Below are positions 17,599-25,884 of a DNA stretch of 30,810 nucleotides, piece after piece (within the stretch, counting starts at the first letter, position 1; the number at the start of each line of letters is the position of its first letter). A program made the position numbers and the translations under genes. Source of the DNA: Acutalibacteraceae bacterium (lineage in GTDB: Bacteria; Bacteroidota; Bacteroidia; Bacteroidales; UBA932); assembly GCA_963636615.1 (NCBI GenBank), contig CAVHKR010000002.1:1-30810 (forward strand). The letters are read 5' to 3'. A model generated the notes under the pieces. The model worked only from the letters and a program-made list of their open reading frames with translations. It ran no database searches and was not told the DNA's origin.

Positions 17599-19959
17599 TT
17601 ACATATAAAACGGCCAGTAGATGCCAACCTTAAAGGCAGAAGCAGGTCTCAAATATCTGTTTGCCGAGAAGGAATCGTTATCAGGCCAGTGCTGTGCAGC
17701 ATTTATATATTTTACAAATATGCAGGCTCTCTTCCATTGGAAATTTACAAATGCATCTATATATGGGCTTCCTCCTGTTTTTGTCTCCCGCTGATTATAG
17801 AAAAGACCAAGGGCAGGGGAGTATCCGGGAGCATAATATTTGGTATTGAATGTGGCATTTGCACCAATCTGTATTGTCATTACATCTTTAACAGCATCAA
17901 ACTCAAGAAAATATCTAAGATTAAGAGCCAGTTTTGGAAGAGGGACAACTTTGTCATCAGATGAAGTCTGAAACAGTATCTTGTTGTTCAGATGCAGCTT
18001 CCATAGCTTAAAGTTCTTCATTAGATATGCCGTAAGAATACTCATGGCACTGTTGTTCTGAGATGCAACGGCATCTTCGTTGAGATATACGTTGTTGTTA
18101 AGCAGAGAGTAGCCGAAAAATGCCTCAAGGTTGTACAGAGGCAGTGTAAATCTCGCCTCTGCCCTTGTCTCAGTTGTCTTGTCAAAATCGTTTTCCCAGA
18201 TGTAATGATTTGAGTAATAGCTGTTGAAGAAGTAATTCGGCCTTGTCTGAGCAAGATGTATCCTACCCTCCAAGTTCATACCTCCCTTTATCTTTTTAGA
18301 TAATGCGGTAACCCTAATCTTGCCATCTATCATAAAGTCATTGGCAAAATATCCGGCAAAATTGTATTTCCCCACACCCTCCCAGTAGAGGTAGTTTTTT
18401 AATCTTCCACCGGCACCAAAGTAGAGATACATGTTGTTGTATGATGCTCCGTCATTCCCCTTAATAAAATATTCAGGTCTGAAGTTGTAGACCCTAATAT
18501 ACTGGTATGCAGCTCCGACATCCAATCTAGACACGGCAGCATCCCGCCTCCATGGCTGTACGGATATGAACAGCCTGTTTTCGAGGTTAAGTACCCTTGC
18601 AGAGTCTGCTGATGATGTGGGGTTTAAATAGAAATTGTTGTTGTACAGGTTTCTGCCAACAGTATCAGATAACCCTATGTTGTCTTTATATGATTTGGTG
18701 TAGGTTGTAAACTCTCCCGAATGTCCAAAAAAGGTAACTGTTCCCCTCTCCAATCCAAGGGTATCTATCATTCTTCTCCCAAGCGAATCTTTTCTTCCCA
18801 GCGAGTCCCTCTCGGCTTTGCTCCCAAAGATATTGAACGGCACCCCGTAGGAATGGGTAATGAAGAGGGTATTTTTCTTTATTGCAGTCTTGGCATCGGA
18901 CAAAGCTACAGGGATTGTCTTTGGATCAATGATAGTATCAAGTACCATGGAGAGGTCAGACACACCACCGTTCTCCGTTCTTCCTATCTTTTGATACAGG
19001 TATCCCCCCTGTGCAACATATCTTTTCCCCAAATGATTGGCAGTCAGAGCAAAAGTCCTGTCATCTGTAGATTCATAGTTGAGAATACCCTTTCCTCCAT
19101 ATCGCTGATAGAGAACATTAAAGTTAAATGCAGGGGTAAAATTCTGTGTATGGCTGAACTTTACATTGCTCTCCTCCTTCTGCTTGTTGGCAAAGAGCGT
19201 TCCCCAATAAGCCAATTCGGTAACAGGAGACTTTGTGTTGTAGAATGGTATAGTCTCCGGAGTATATGAATATGGCTGATATGGTGCAATGAACGGGAAC
19301 AGGTTGTTCTCCTCTCTTTTAAAATAGTTGTAATACATCATGGCAGAACCACTTACCCCAAGGGAGACGGCATTTACATCGTTACGTTCAGCCGGCATCT
19401 CCGTGTAATAGTAGTTGAAGGAGGTATCTATCTCATGAGATTTAGGATTGTTGAAAAAATTGTCAGCATTCCATACAATAGTCCTTCTGTATCTGTCGCT
19501 TGAATCCGGAAACATGTAGGTGTTTAGGAAACGCGGAATAGATTTTATTACGCTGTCTCTGTATAGCTGTCTTTTCTCCTGCTCCATCCTTTTAAGTTCC
19601 CTCTTGCTGTACACCTTTGGAGGAAAGGCAAGATTCTGCAGATCAAGGGAATCTAAAGGTAATAACCTGTTTCCCGATAAAGCCTGAAGAGAATCGTACA
19701 TCTGTACAATAAGAGAATCCTCCCCCTGAATTTTAAGTTCTATCAGTTTGGCTAAAGTCAGAGAATCCAATCTACCATTTACGAATCTCAGACTGTCTGT
19801 CTCGTTTTTGACACTGTCTCTTACCGTAGTGGCTGTGCCATCTGCAACGTTGTATGGCATAATTACCTTACCACCCGCCTGATAGGTATGTGCTACACCT
19901 GCAATCATGATGGCAACAAGACAGCCAAACTTTATTTTAAAAAATTTTGTAACTCCCAT
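17599..19959 (-). CDS. Bacteroidota putative porin (outer-membrane beta-barrel, Porin_10-like)
   Basis: Signal peptide, FYNTKSP.T.L.Y motif, ENGG, amphipathic beta-strands, YYAPGYSPALGLFYNQ and an aromatic C-terminus (GIYWPFY). Confidence 0.8.
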   Translation of the reverse strand: MGVTKFFKIKFGCLVAIMIAGVAHTYQAGGKVIMPYNVADGTATTVRDSVKNETDSLRFVNGRLDSLTLAKLIELKIQGEDSLIVQMYDSLQALSGNRLLPLDSLDLQNLAFPPKVYSKRELKRMEQEKRQLYRDSVIKSIPRFLNTYMFPDSSDRYRRTIVWNADNFFNNPKSHEIDTSFNYYYTEMPAERNDVNAVSLGVSGSAMMYYNYFKREENNLFPFIAPYQPYSYTPETIPFYNTKSPVTELAYWGTLFANKQKEESNVKFSHTQNFTPAFNFNVLYQRYGGKGILNYESTDDRTFALTANHLGKRYVAQGGYLYQKIGRTENGGVSDLSMVLDTIIDPKTIPVALSDAKTAIKKNTLFITHSYGVPFNIFGSKAERDSLGRKDSLGRRMIDTLGLERGTVTFFGHSGEFTTYTKSYKDNIGLSDTVGRNLYNNNFYLNPTSSADSARVLNLENRLFISVQPWRRDAAVSRLDVGAAYQYIRVYNFRPEYFIKGNDGASYNNMYLYFGAGGRLKNYLYWEGVGKYNFAGYFANDFMIDGKIRVTALSKKIKGGMNLEGRIHLAQTRPNYFFNSYYSNHYIWENDFDKTTETRAEARFTLPLYNLEAFFGYSLLNNNVYLNEDAVASQNNSAMSILTAYLMKNFKLWKLHLNNKILFQTSSDDKVVPLPKLALNLRYFLEFDAVKDVMTIQIGANATFNTKYYAPGYSPALGLFYNQRETKTGGSPYIDAFVNFQWKRACIFVKYINAAQHWPDNDSFSANRYLRPASAFKVGIYWPFYM

Positions 19960-19989
19960 ACAACCACAAAAATAGTAAAAACAGAGAAA

Positions 19990-21471
19990 TCAACGGCTAT
20001 TCTTAAGCTCCTTTATCTCCTCAATAAGATTGTTTATAAGCCCCATTTTAAGGTCGAACAAACAATCTGAAATATCTACCTTATAATAATGAGGGTTAAG
20101 AAGACGTTTCTCAGTCTCATTAAACATTCCTAAATTGCTCTTGTAGTAAGCTTGTTTTTCTAAGAGAGTATTGTCCTTGTATATAATCTCACCTTTCTCC
20201 ATCATTGGAACCTGAAGGGCTTTCCATTGGTAACTATCTGCTGCAAAAGTCTTTGTAAGAGTCTCATCAAACTCGTCCCTTATGGTTATCTCCTCACATC
20301 TTTCAATCCTCTCGCTCATCTCATCTCCACGCAGGCAGGTTATATCTGCCTTGAATCTACCGTCGCGAATAATCCTGTAAGTAATCTGGAATCCCGGATT
20401 TATAAGTTTTGCCTTGTCCTCAGATCTTTTAAGTACGGGAGTATCTCCAATCTGAACAAGTTTGTAAACATTTCCAAAGCATGGATTATGTTTGCTTGTT
20501 GCAATTGCATCACCTACACCGTATGCATCTATTTTTGCCCCTTGCTTTTCGAGATCCGAAATAAGATACTCATCCAATCCGTTTGTAGCAAAAATCTTGC
20601 AGTTTGTAAATCCCTCTGCATCAAGCTCCTCCCTGCATTTATTAGACAGATATGTAAGGTCTCCGCTATCTAACCTTATCCCATATCCGTAAGGATAAGA
20701 GTTATCTATGCCACACATTTTATAAGCACGGATAGCATTCTTCAGACCGCAGTTAAGAGTGTCGTATGTATCAACCAAAAGGATAAGAGGCTCCCCTCTG
20801 TGAGTCTCAATATATGATGTAAAAGCTTTCAATTCGCCCTTTATGGTGCAGCCGAAAGAGGTTACATAGCTGTGTGCCATTGTTCCCGATGCCTGAACTC
20901 TAAAAATATTGGCAGTTAGGATATTGGATGTATTGACGCATCCCCCTATACATGCAGCCTTGCCACCGTATGTAGCCGCCCACGGGCCATGGGCACGACG
21001 CGAACCAAACTCGCTTACAGGCTTGTCTGTGCTTCTTGTAACACGGCTTGCCTTTGTTGCAATAGCCATCTGGTGGTTCATTATACAGAGTAGTGGGGTT
21101 TCCAATACCTGTGCCTCAATTATAGGAGCCTTTATTGTAATGATAGGCTCTTTCGGAAAAGCAATCTCCCCCTCTTTCATGGCATAGACATCCCCTGTAA
21201 ACCTCATCCCTGCAAGATACTTTCTAAAATCTGCATACTCCTCTCCGGGGATAAATTTCTCAAAAAAATCCACACTCTCACTGCCTAATCCCTTAATCAT
21301 CTGCAACGCCTCCTTAATGCCGCTCACAACAGCCCAATTGTTTTTATCGGGAGCACTCCTGAAAAAGAGGTTGAAAACGGCAATGTTGTCTATCATCCCC
21401 TGCTGAAAAAAGGACTTCCCCATTGTGTATTGATATTTATCTGAACAGTAGGAAATATTCAATTCATTCAT
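19990..21471 (-). CDS. pncB: Nicotinate phosphoribosyltransferase
   Basis: DKYQYTM, FNLFFR, LETPLL, EFGSRRAHG, GTMAHS (phospho-His), LVDTYD, GIRLDSGD and VYKLV. Confidence 0.92.
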   Translation of the reverse strand: MNELNISYCSDKYQYTMGKSFFQQGMIDNIAVFNLFFRSAPDKNNWAVVSGIKEALQMIKGLGSESVDFFEKFIPGEEYADFRKYLAGMRFTGDVYAMKEGEIAFPKEPIITIKAPIIEAQVLETPLLCIMNHQMAIATKASRVTRSTDKPVSEFGSRRAHGPWAATYGGKAACIGGCVNTSNILTANIFRVQASGTMAHSYVTSFGCTIKGELKAFTSYIETHRGEPLILLVDTYDTLNCGLKNAIRAYKMCGIDNSYPYGYGIRLDSGDLTYLSNKCREELDAEGFTNCKIFATNGLDEYLISDLEKQGAKIDAYGVGDAIATSKHNPCFGNVYKLVQIGDTPVLKRSEDKAKLINPGFQITYRIIRDGRFKADITCLRGDEMSERIERCEEITIRDEFDETLTKTFAADSYQWKALQVPMMEKGEIIYKDNTLLEKQAYYKSNLGMFNETEKRLLNPHYYKVDISDCLFDLKMGLINNLIEEIKELKNSR

Positions 21472-21497
21472 CTCTGATAATTTATCTAAGTGTGGCG

Positions 21498-21505
21498 CAA
21501 AGTTA
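21498..21505 (-). promoter_or_regulatory. Candidate -7 element (TAACTTTG) for pncB-porin-mltF
   Basis: TAnnTTTG on the minus strand, 26 nt upstream of the pncB ATG. Confidence 0.55.
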
Positions 21506-21583
21506 AAATTTTATTTAACATTTCTAAGATAAAGACAAACAAACTTGGAACAACATTCTATATGTTATGTTGCATTTTATTGC

Positions 21584-21591
21584 TAACTTTG
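21584..21591 (+). promoter_or_regulatory. Candidate -7 element (TAACTTTG) for the kinase-nucleotidyltransferase operon
   Basis: TAnnTTTG on the plus strand, 78 nt upstream of the ATG at 21670. Confidence 0.5.
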
Positions 21592-21669
21592 CTACTCAAC
21601 TGCATAGATGTAATTAAGTTCTGAATATTGGTTCCCTATACCGTATTGGTTAATCTTAATTTCTTTAAT

Positions 21670-23091
21670 ATGAATAAAATAGAAGAACTGTTTGTACAAT
21701 ATACAAGGCAGAAGCCTGTTAAAATAGAAGAATTGCCGTCGAGCGGAAGCAATCGGAGATATTTTAGGATTTTTGGAGACGGAATAACTCTGATAGGAGC
21801 TAAAGGGACATCTGTAGAGGAGAATATAGCGTTTATAGAGATCTCAAAGCATTTTAAGCTCAAAGGACTACCTGTACCTCAAGTACTTGCAGTAAGCAAA
21901 GACAAACAATATTACCTGCAGGAGGATTTGGGAGACATTACCCTTTTCAATGCTATAGCATCGGGAAGAGAGCAGGGAGGAGCATATTCGTCACAAGAGG
22001 TATCCCTTATAAAAAAGACCATCTCATTGCTCCCAAAGATTCAGTTTGAGGGGGGGAAAGGACTTGACTACTCTGTCTGCTATCCGCAGCCAGAGTTTGA
22101 TGATCGTATGATCTGGTTTGACCTCAACTACTTTAAATACTGCTTTTTAAAGACTACAGGGCTTGATTTTAGCGAGATAGAACTGCATGAAGATTTTGCA
22201 AAATTTGCGGCAGACCTGTTAAAGACATCAGACGGAGGTACCTTCCTGTACAGGGATTTTCAGGCACGTAATGTAATGTTGGTAGATGATAACCCTTATT
22301 TCATAGATTTCCAGGGAGGCCGCAAAGGTCCGTTCTACTACGATTTAGCCTCGTTTGTGTGGCAGGCAAAGGCAAACTACTCCCAAGAGCTGAAATGTGA
22401 GCTTATATCGGCATATAAAGAGAGCCTTGGTAATTATATTACTGTACCTAACAAGGATTTTAACTATAATCTTAGGCTTTTTGTGCTGTTTAGAACATTG
22501 CAGGTGCTTGGAGCATACGGATTTAGAGGATATTTTGAGAAGAAGCCGCATTTCTTGCAGAGTGTGCCTTTTGCTATAGATAATCTGCGGAAACTTATAG
22601 TAAAGCCATTTGGTCAATACCCATATCTGCAGAGGATATTGGAGAAACTTACAACAATGAGGCAGTTTTCAGACCTGTTACAGGAGAGAAGACTGGAGGT
22701 TAGAATATTCAGTTTTTCATACAAGAAGGGGATTCCTACAGATGAAAGTGGTAATGGAGGAGGATATGTCTTTGATTGCAGGGCAATAGAGAACCCGGGC
22801 AAGTATGACCATTTTAAACATTTTACAGGATTGGATCCAGAGGTTATAAAATATCTTGAGGATGATGGCGGAATTACTGTGTTCCTTTCACATATATATC
22901 AGTTGGCAGATACTCATGTAAAACGCTACATGGAGCGTAAGTTCACCAATCTGATGTTTGCATTTGGTTGTACCGGAGGGCAACACCGTTCTGTTTACTG
23001 TGCACAGCATTTGGGAGAATATCTTGCAAAAAAATATAATATTACAGTTAAGGTTATACATAGGGAACAGGGTATAGAACAGGAGATGTAG
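21670..23091 (+). CDS. APH/AmgK-like anomeric amino-sugar kinase fused to a RapZ C-terminal domain
   Basis: Kinase motifs SGSNRRYFR, LQEDLG, YRDFQARN and IDFQ. C-terminal SFSYKKGIP...VFDCR..NP...GCTGGQHRSV is the RapZ-C signature. Confidence 0.85.
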   Translation: MNKIEELFVQYTRQKPVKIEELPSSGSNRRYFRIFGDGITLIGAKGTSVEENIAFIEISKHFKLKGLPVPQVLAVSKDKQYYLQEDLGDITLFNAIASGREQGGAYSSQEVSLIKKTISLLPKIQFEGGKGLDYSVCYPQPEFDDRMIWFDLNYFKYCFLKTTGLDFSEIELHEDFAKFAADLLKTSDGGTFLYRDFQARNVMLVDDNPYFIDFQGGRKGPFYYDLASFVWQAKANYSQELKCELISAYKESLGNYITVPNKDFNYNLRLFVLFRTLQVLGAYGFRGYFEKKPHFLQSVPFAIDNLRKLIVKPFGQYPYLQRILEKLTTMRQFSDLLQERRLEVRIFSFSYKKGIPTDESGNGGGYVFDCRAIENPGKYDHFKHFTGLDPEVIKYLEDDGGITVFLSHIYQLADTHVKRYMERKFTNLMFAFGCTGGQHRSVYCAQHLGEYLAKKYNITVKVIHREQGIEQEM

Positions 23092-23111
23092 CCGCCTGCC
23101 GATTTTTGATT

Positions 23112-23942
23112 ATGAGAGCAATGGTTTTTGCAGCAGGGCTTGGAACGAGACTGAAGCCCATTACAGACACAAAGCCAAAGGCATTGGTTGAGGTGTGCGG
23201 AAAAACGCTGTTGGAGAGACAGATAGAGGAGCTGCGAGCAGCAGGATTCAATGAAATAGTTATTAACATTCATCATTTTTCTCAGATGATAAGGGATTAT
23301 CTTGCTGCGCACAATAATTTTGGAGCAGATATTTACCTTTCAGATGAATCAGATGAATTAAGAGATACAGGCGGAGGGATAAGACATGCCTCTGCATTGT
23401 TAGATACCGGGGAGCCATTTCTTGTTCACAATGTAGATATTCTTTCTAATGTAGATCTCAACGACCTGTACGATTATCATCTAGCCCATGCCATATCTGA
23501 TGACACACCTCTTGCAACACTACTTGTAAGTTTAAGGAAGACTGCTCGTTATCTCCTTTTTGACAGAGATGATAATTTGGTTGGGTGGATGAATGAACAG
23601 ACGGGCGAGGTTAGGACTCCGTTTAAAGAGATTGCCGGGGCTGCTATAAACTATATGAAGCGCCCCGGCAATGCTGAATCGGTATCATGTTTTGATGCTG
23701 ACAGATTCTTATCTGACAACAGCTTGTATAAATATGCCTTTGCAGGTATGCATGTAATGAGTCCTTATATCCTTACTTTAATGAAGGGTTGTAAGGAGAA
23801 GTTCTCTATAGTGGATTTTTACCTTGAAAACTGTGATAAGTTTAACATACGTGCATACATAAAGGATGACCTGAAACTTGTAGATGTTGGAAAGCTCTCT
23901 ACGCTGCATGAAGCAGAGGACTTTATTAACACTAACCTATAA
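23112..23942 (+). CDS. MurU-like sugar-1-phosphate nucleotidyltransferase
   Basis: AMVFAAGLGTRLKPITDTKPKALV, DTGGGI, HNVDILS and DVGK; lies directly downstream of the AmgK-like kinase. Confidence 0.85.
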   Translation: MRAMVFAAGLGTRLKPITDTKPKALVEVCGKTLLERQIEELRAAGFNEIVINIHHFSQMIRDYLAAHNNFGADIYLSDESDELRDTGGGIRHASALLDTGEPFLVHNVDILSNVDLNDLYDYHLAHAISDDTPLATLLVSLRKTARYLLFDRDDNLVGWMNEQTGEVRTPFKEIAGAAINYMKRPGNAESVSCFDADRFLSDNSLYKYAFAGMHVMSPYILTLMKGCKEKFSIVDFYLENCDKFNIRAYIKDDLKLVDVGKLSTLHEAEDFINTNL

Positions 23943-25355
23943 TGAGGTTCTTACAACCCTGAATCCCACGTTGTCATACCCTTGTGTGCCCACTCTTACA
24001 ACATCAGACTTTTCACTGCGGCAGTCATCACGCTCAGAGTCCCAGCTTCCCCCTTTAATTATATACATGCCGTTTGCATCCGTAGTTGATGTCCATTCCC
24101 AACAGTTACCCCAGAAGTCAATGCCTCCGCATGCCCCGGTTGTGTTGCTGTAGGCATCTACTGCTGTTAGTCCGTCCTGTACATGTCCGGAGTTCATTGC
24201 AACATCCTTAGGCATGTGCCCTGCACCAAGAATCCACTCCTCATCGGTAGGCAAACGATATATATGTGTGTTGTCCTGTTCTGTAAGCCATTTGCAATAG
24301 GCGGAGGCTTCATCAACTGTTATATTCACTACCGGATAGTTGTCCTTGCCTGTCTCATATACAAAGTCTTCATTAAAAAGAGCATATTCTGCATTTGTTA
24401 CCGGAGCATGGCCGATATATGCATTAGGAGCAGATGCACCGCGCAGTACCATCCATGAATCATTAGGATTATCATCGTTCCTTGGGTCAATAAGACGCAG
24501 GAATTGTTGTTCAAGCCTTATATCTCTGTTTGCAACCATTTCATCTACAATCTCTTGCATCTCTTGTACCACACTATGAGTTAATGCTTCGCGTTCAAGT
24601 TCACGTAACTTGGCTTTTTTACGTGCAACGACTTTGTCATAACGAATACCCATCTGATTCAATAATGCCTGTTTGTTTTCATCTGTGGGATTCTGTTGGT
24701 ACTGGCGCAGAAGAGCATTTGTGGTGGCATCCAATTCGGGGCGTTCCTCCTCCACAAGGGGGGAGTCCGGATCTTGAAACTCAAGTTCATTCTCTATTAA
24801 ATCATCGGGACTTATAAAACACCCTATCTCTACGGTCTGATGCACTCCAAAGTAGTGGGCAACTTTCCCGTCTTTATAGAAAGAAAGGCGGTATCCTCCA
24901 TAAAGATTACAAGGCAGCGTGAGTATATAGTAGTCCTTCCCAACAACAAAACCATTCTCATCGGGAGCATTGAGAACCAGTATCGAATTTGCATTGGTCG
25001 TTTCTCCGATTACCGATTCACCAACCGCATCCCTTAGTATCCCAACACTTCCAGACAATGCATAACCATCTACGCTTTCCATCTCTAATTTTGTTATTCC
25101 CGATGTTTGTATATGTAGTTTTAAGCCGCTGTAAAAGGTCTTGATTTCTGCCGACTTGGATTCCGAAAAATTATTTACCATAACAGCTTTTGTGTCATAT
25201 CCACCATCTTGGGCCTTTTGCTCAGACAGCACAGTAAGGGTAAATTGCCCGTCATTCAAATTAAAGACCTCTTCATCCATTGAATCTTTATTGTCACAAG
25301 ACATGATGACGGATGTGCAAATCAATGCCAAGCATAATATTTTACGAGTTTTCAT
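23937..25355 (-). CDS. Surface lipoprotein with helical linker and C-terminal FGE-sulfatase (SUMF1/EgtB/PvdO, CLec-fold) domain
   Basis: Lipobox IMS|C followed by acidic DNKDSMDEE. FGE motifs PVTNAEY, PVVN, YRLPT.EEW, GNCWEW, KGGSW and VGFRVV. Confidence 0.85.
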   Translation of the reverse strand: MKTRKILCLALICTSVIMSCDNKDSMDEEVFNLNDGQFTLTVLSEQKAQDGGYDTKAVMVNNFSESKSAEIKTFYSGLKLHIQTSGITKLEMESVDGYALSGSVGILRDAVGESVIGETTNANSILVLNAPDENGFVVGKDYYILTLPCNLYGGYRLSFYKDGKVAHYFGVHQTVEIGCFISPDDLIENELEFQDPDSPLVEEERPELDATTNALLRQYQQNPTDENKQALLNQMGIRYDKVVARKKAKLRELEREALTHSVVQEMQEIVDEMVANRDIRLEQQFLRLIDPRNDDNPNDSWMVLRGASAPNAYIGHAPVTNAEYALFNEDFVYETGKDNYPVVNITVDEASAYCKWLTEQDNTHIYRLPTDEEWILGAGHMPKDVAMNSGHVQDGLTAVDAYSNTTGACGGIDFWGNCWEWTSTTDANGMYIIKGGSWDSERDDCRSEKSDVVRVGTQGYDNVGFRVVRTSL

Positions 25356-25453
25356 TTTTATTTATTTTATTGATTCTATAGTAAAGACCTTGCAAAGGGG
25401 GAAAAGTAAAATACATCCTATCTTTTTTTTGACCTTTTATGTAAATAGAATAA

Positions 25454-25496
25454 TTTGTTTACATTGTAAGAGTAGATTACTATATCTGTAAACAAA
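25454..25496. promoter_or_regulatory. 10-bp inverted repeat TTTGTTTACA-N23-TGTAAACAAA, putative operator of the HTH gene
   Basis: Perfect 10-bp arms ending 9 nt before the ATG at 25506. The right arm overlaps a -7-like TATATCTG. Confidence 0.55.
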
Positions 25497-25505
25497 ATAT
25501 AACTC

Positions 25506-25871
25506 ATGAATAAAGCATTATTCCCAGTCAGACTCAGAGAAGCACGCTTGCAGCAAGGATATAGTCTTGATCAATTGGTAAAAAAGGCCGGGCGTACTCT
25601 GAGCGAAGCGAACGAGAGGTTTAATGAGGAGTTGCAATGCTATCAAGATGGCAAAATAGTAACGATAAGACTGGCGAATCATAATGCCACAGTATCAAAC
25701 TTCGATTACAGTGGGCGTGATAATGGGATTAGTATCGTAATATCTCCAAAACACAATAATAGTATAACAAACGATGGCTATGCGCATGTTGTAGAGTATT
25801 ATTATGATTCCATAAAATTGAGGAAGGCTGGTGGTAAGCCATTGGCTTGTTCCGCAATGGCCTCTCTTTAA
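25506..25871 (+). pseudogene. Chimeric relic: first half of an XRE-family HTH fused to fragments of an unrelated mobile-element-type protein
   Basis: MNKALFPVRLREARLQQGYSLDQLVKKAG covers XRE helices 1-2 and the recognition helix is missing. The remainder (ANERFNEELQ; IVTIRLANHNATVSNFD...GKPLA) is non-HTH and ends abruptly. Confidence 0.55.
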
Positions 25872-25884
25872 TTCAGAATAGTAT

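Noticed and set aside
18721..19269. Long antisense ORFs (e.g. 182 aa within the porin, 149 aa within relA, 153 aa at 30347-30808)
   Set aside because: Shadow frames of well-supported genes with no motifs or independent signals.
23937..24070. Complete diversity-generating retroelement around the FGE-domain gene
   Set aside because: No reverse transcriptase, Avd or template-repeat copy of the 3' end is visible in the window; kept only as a remote-target hypothesis.
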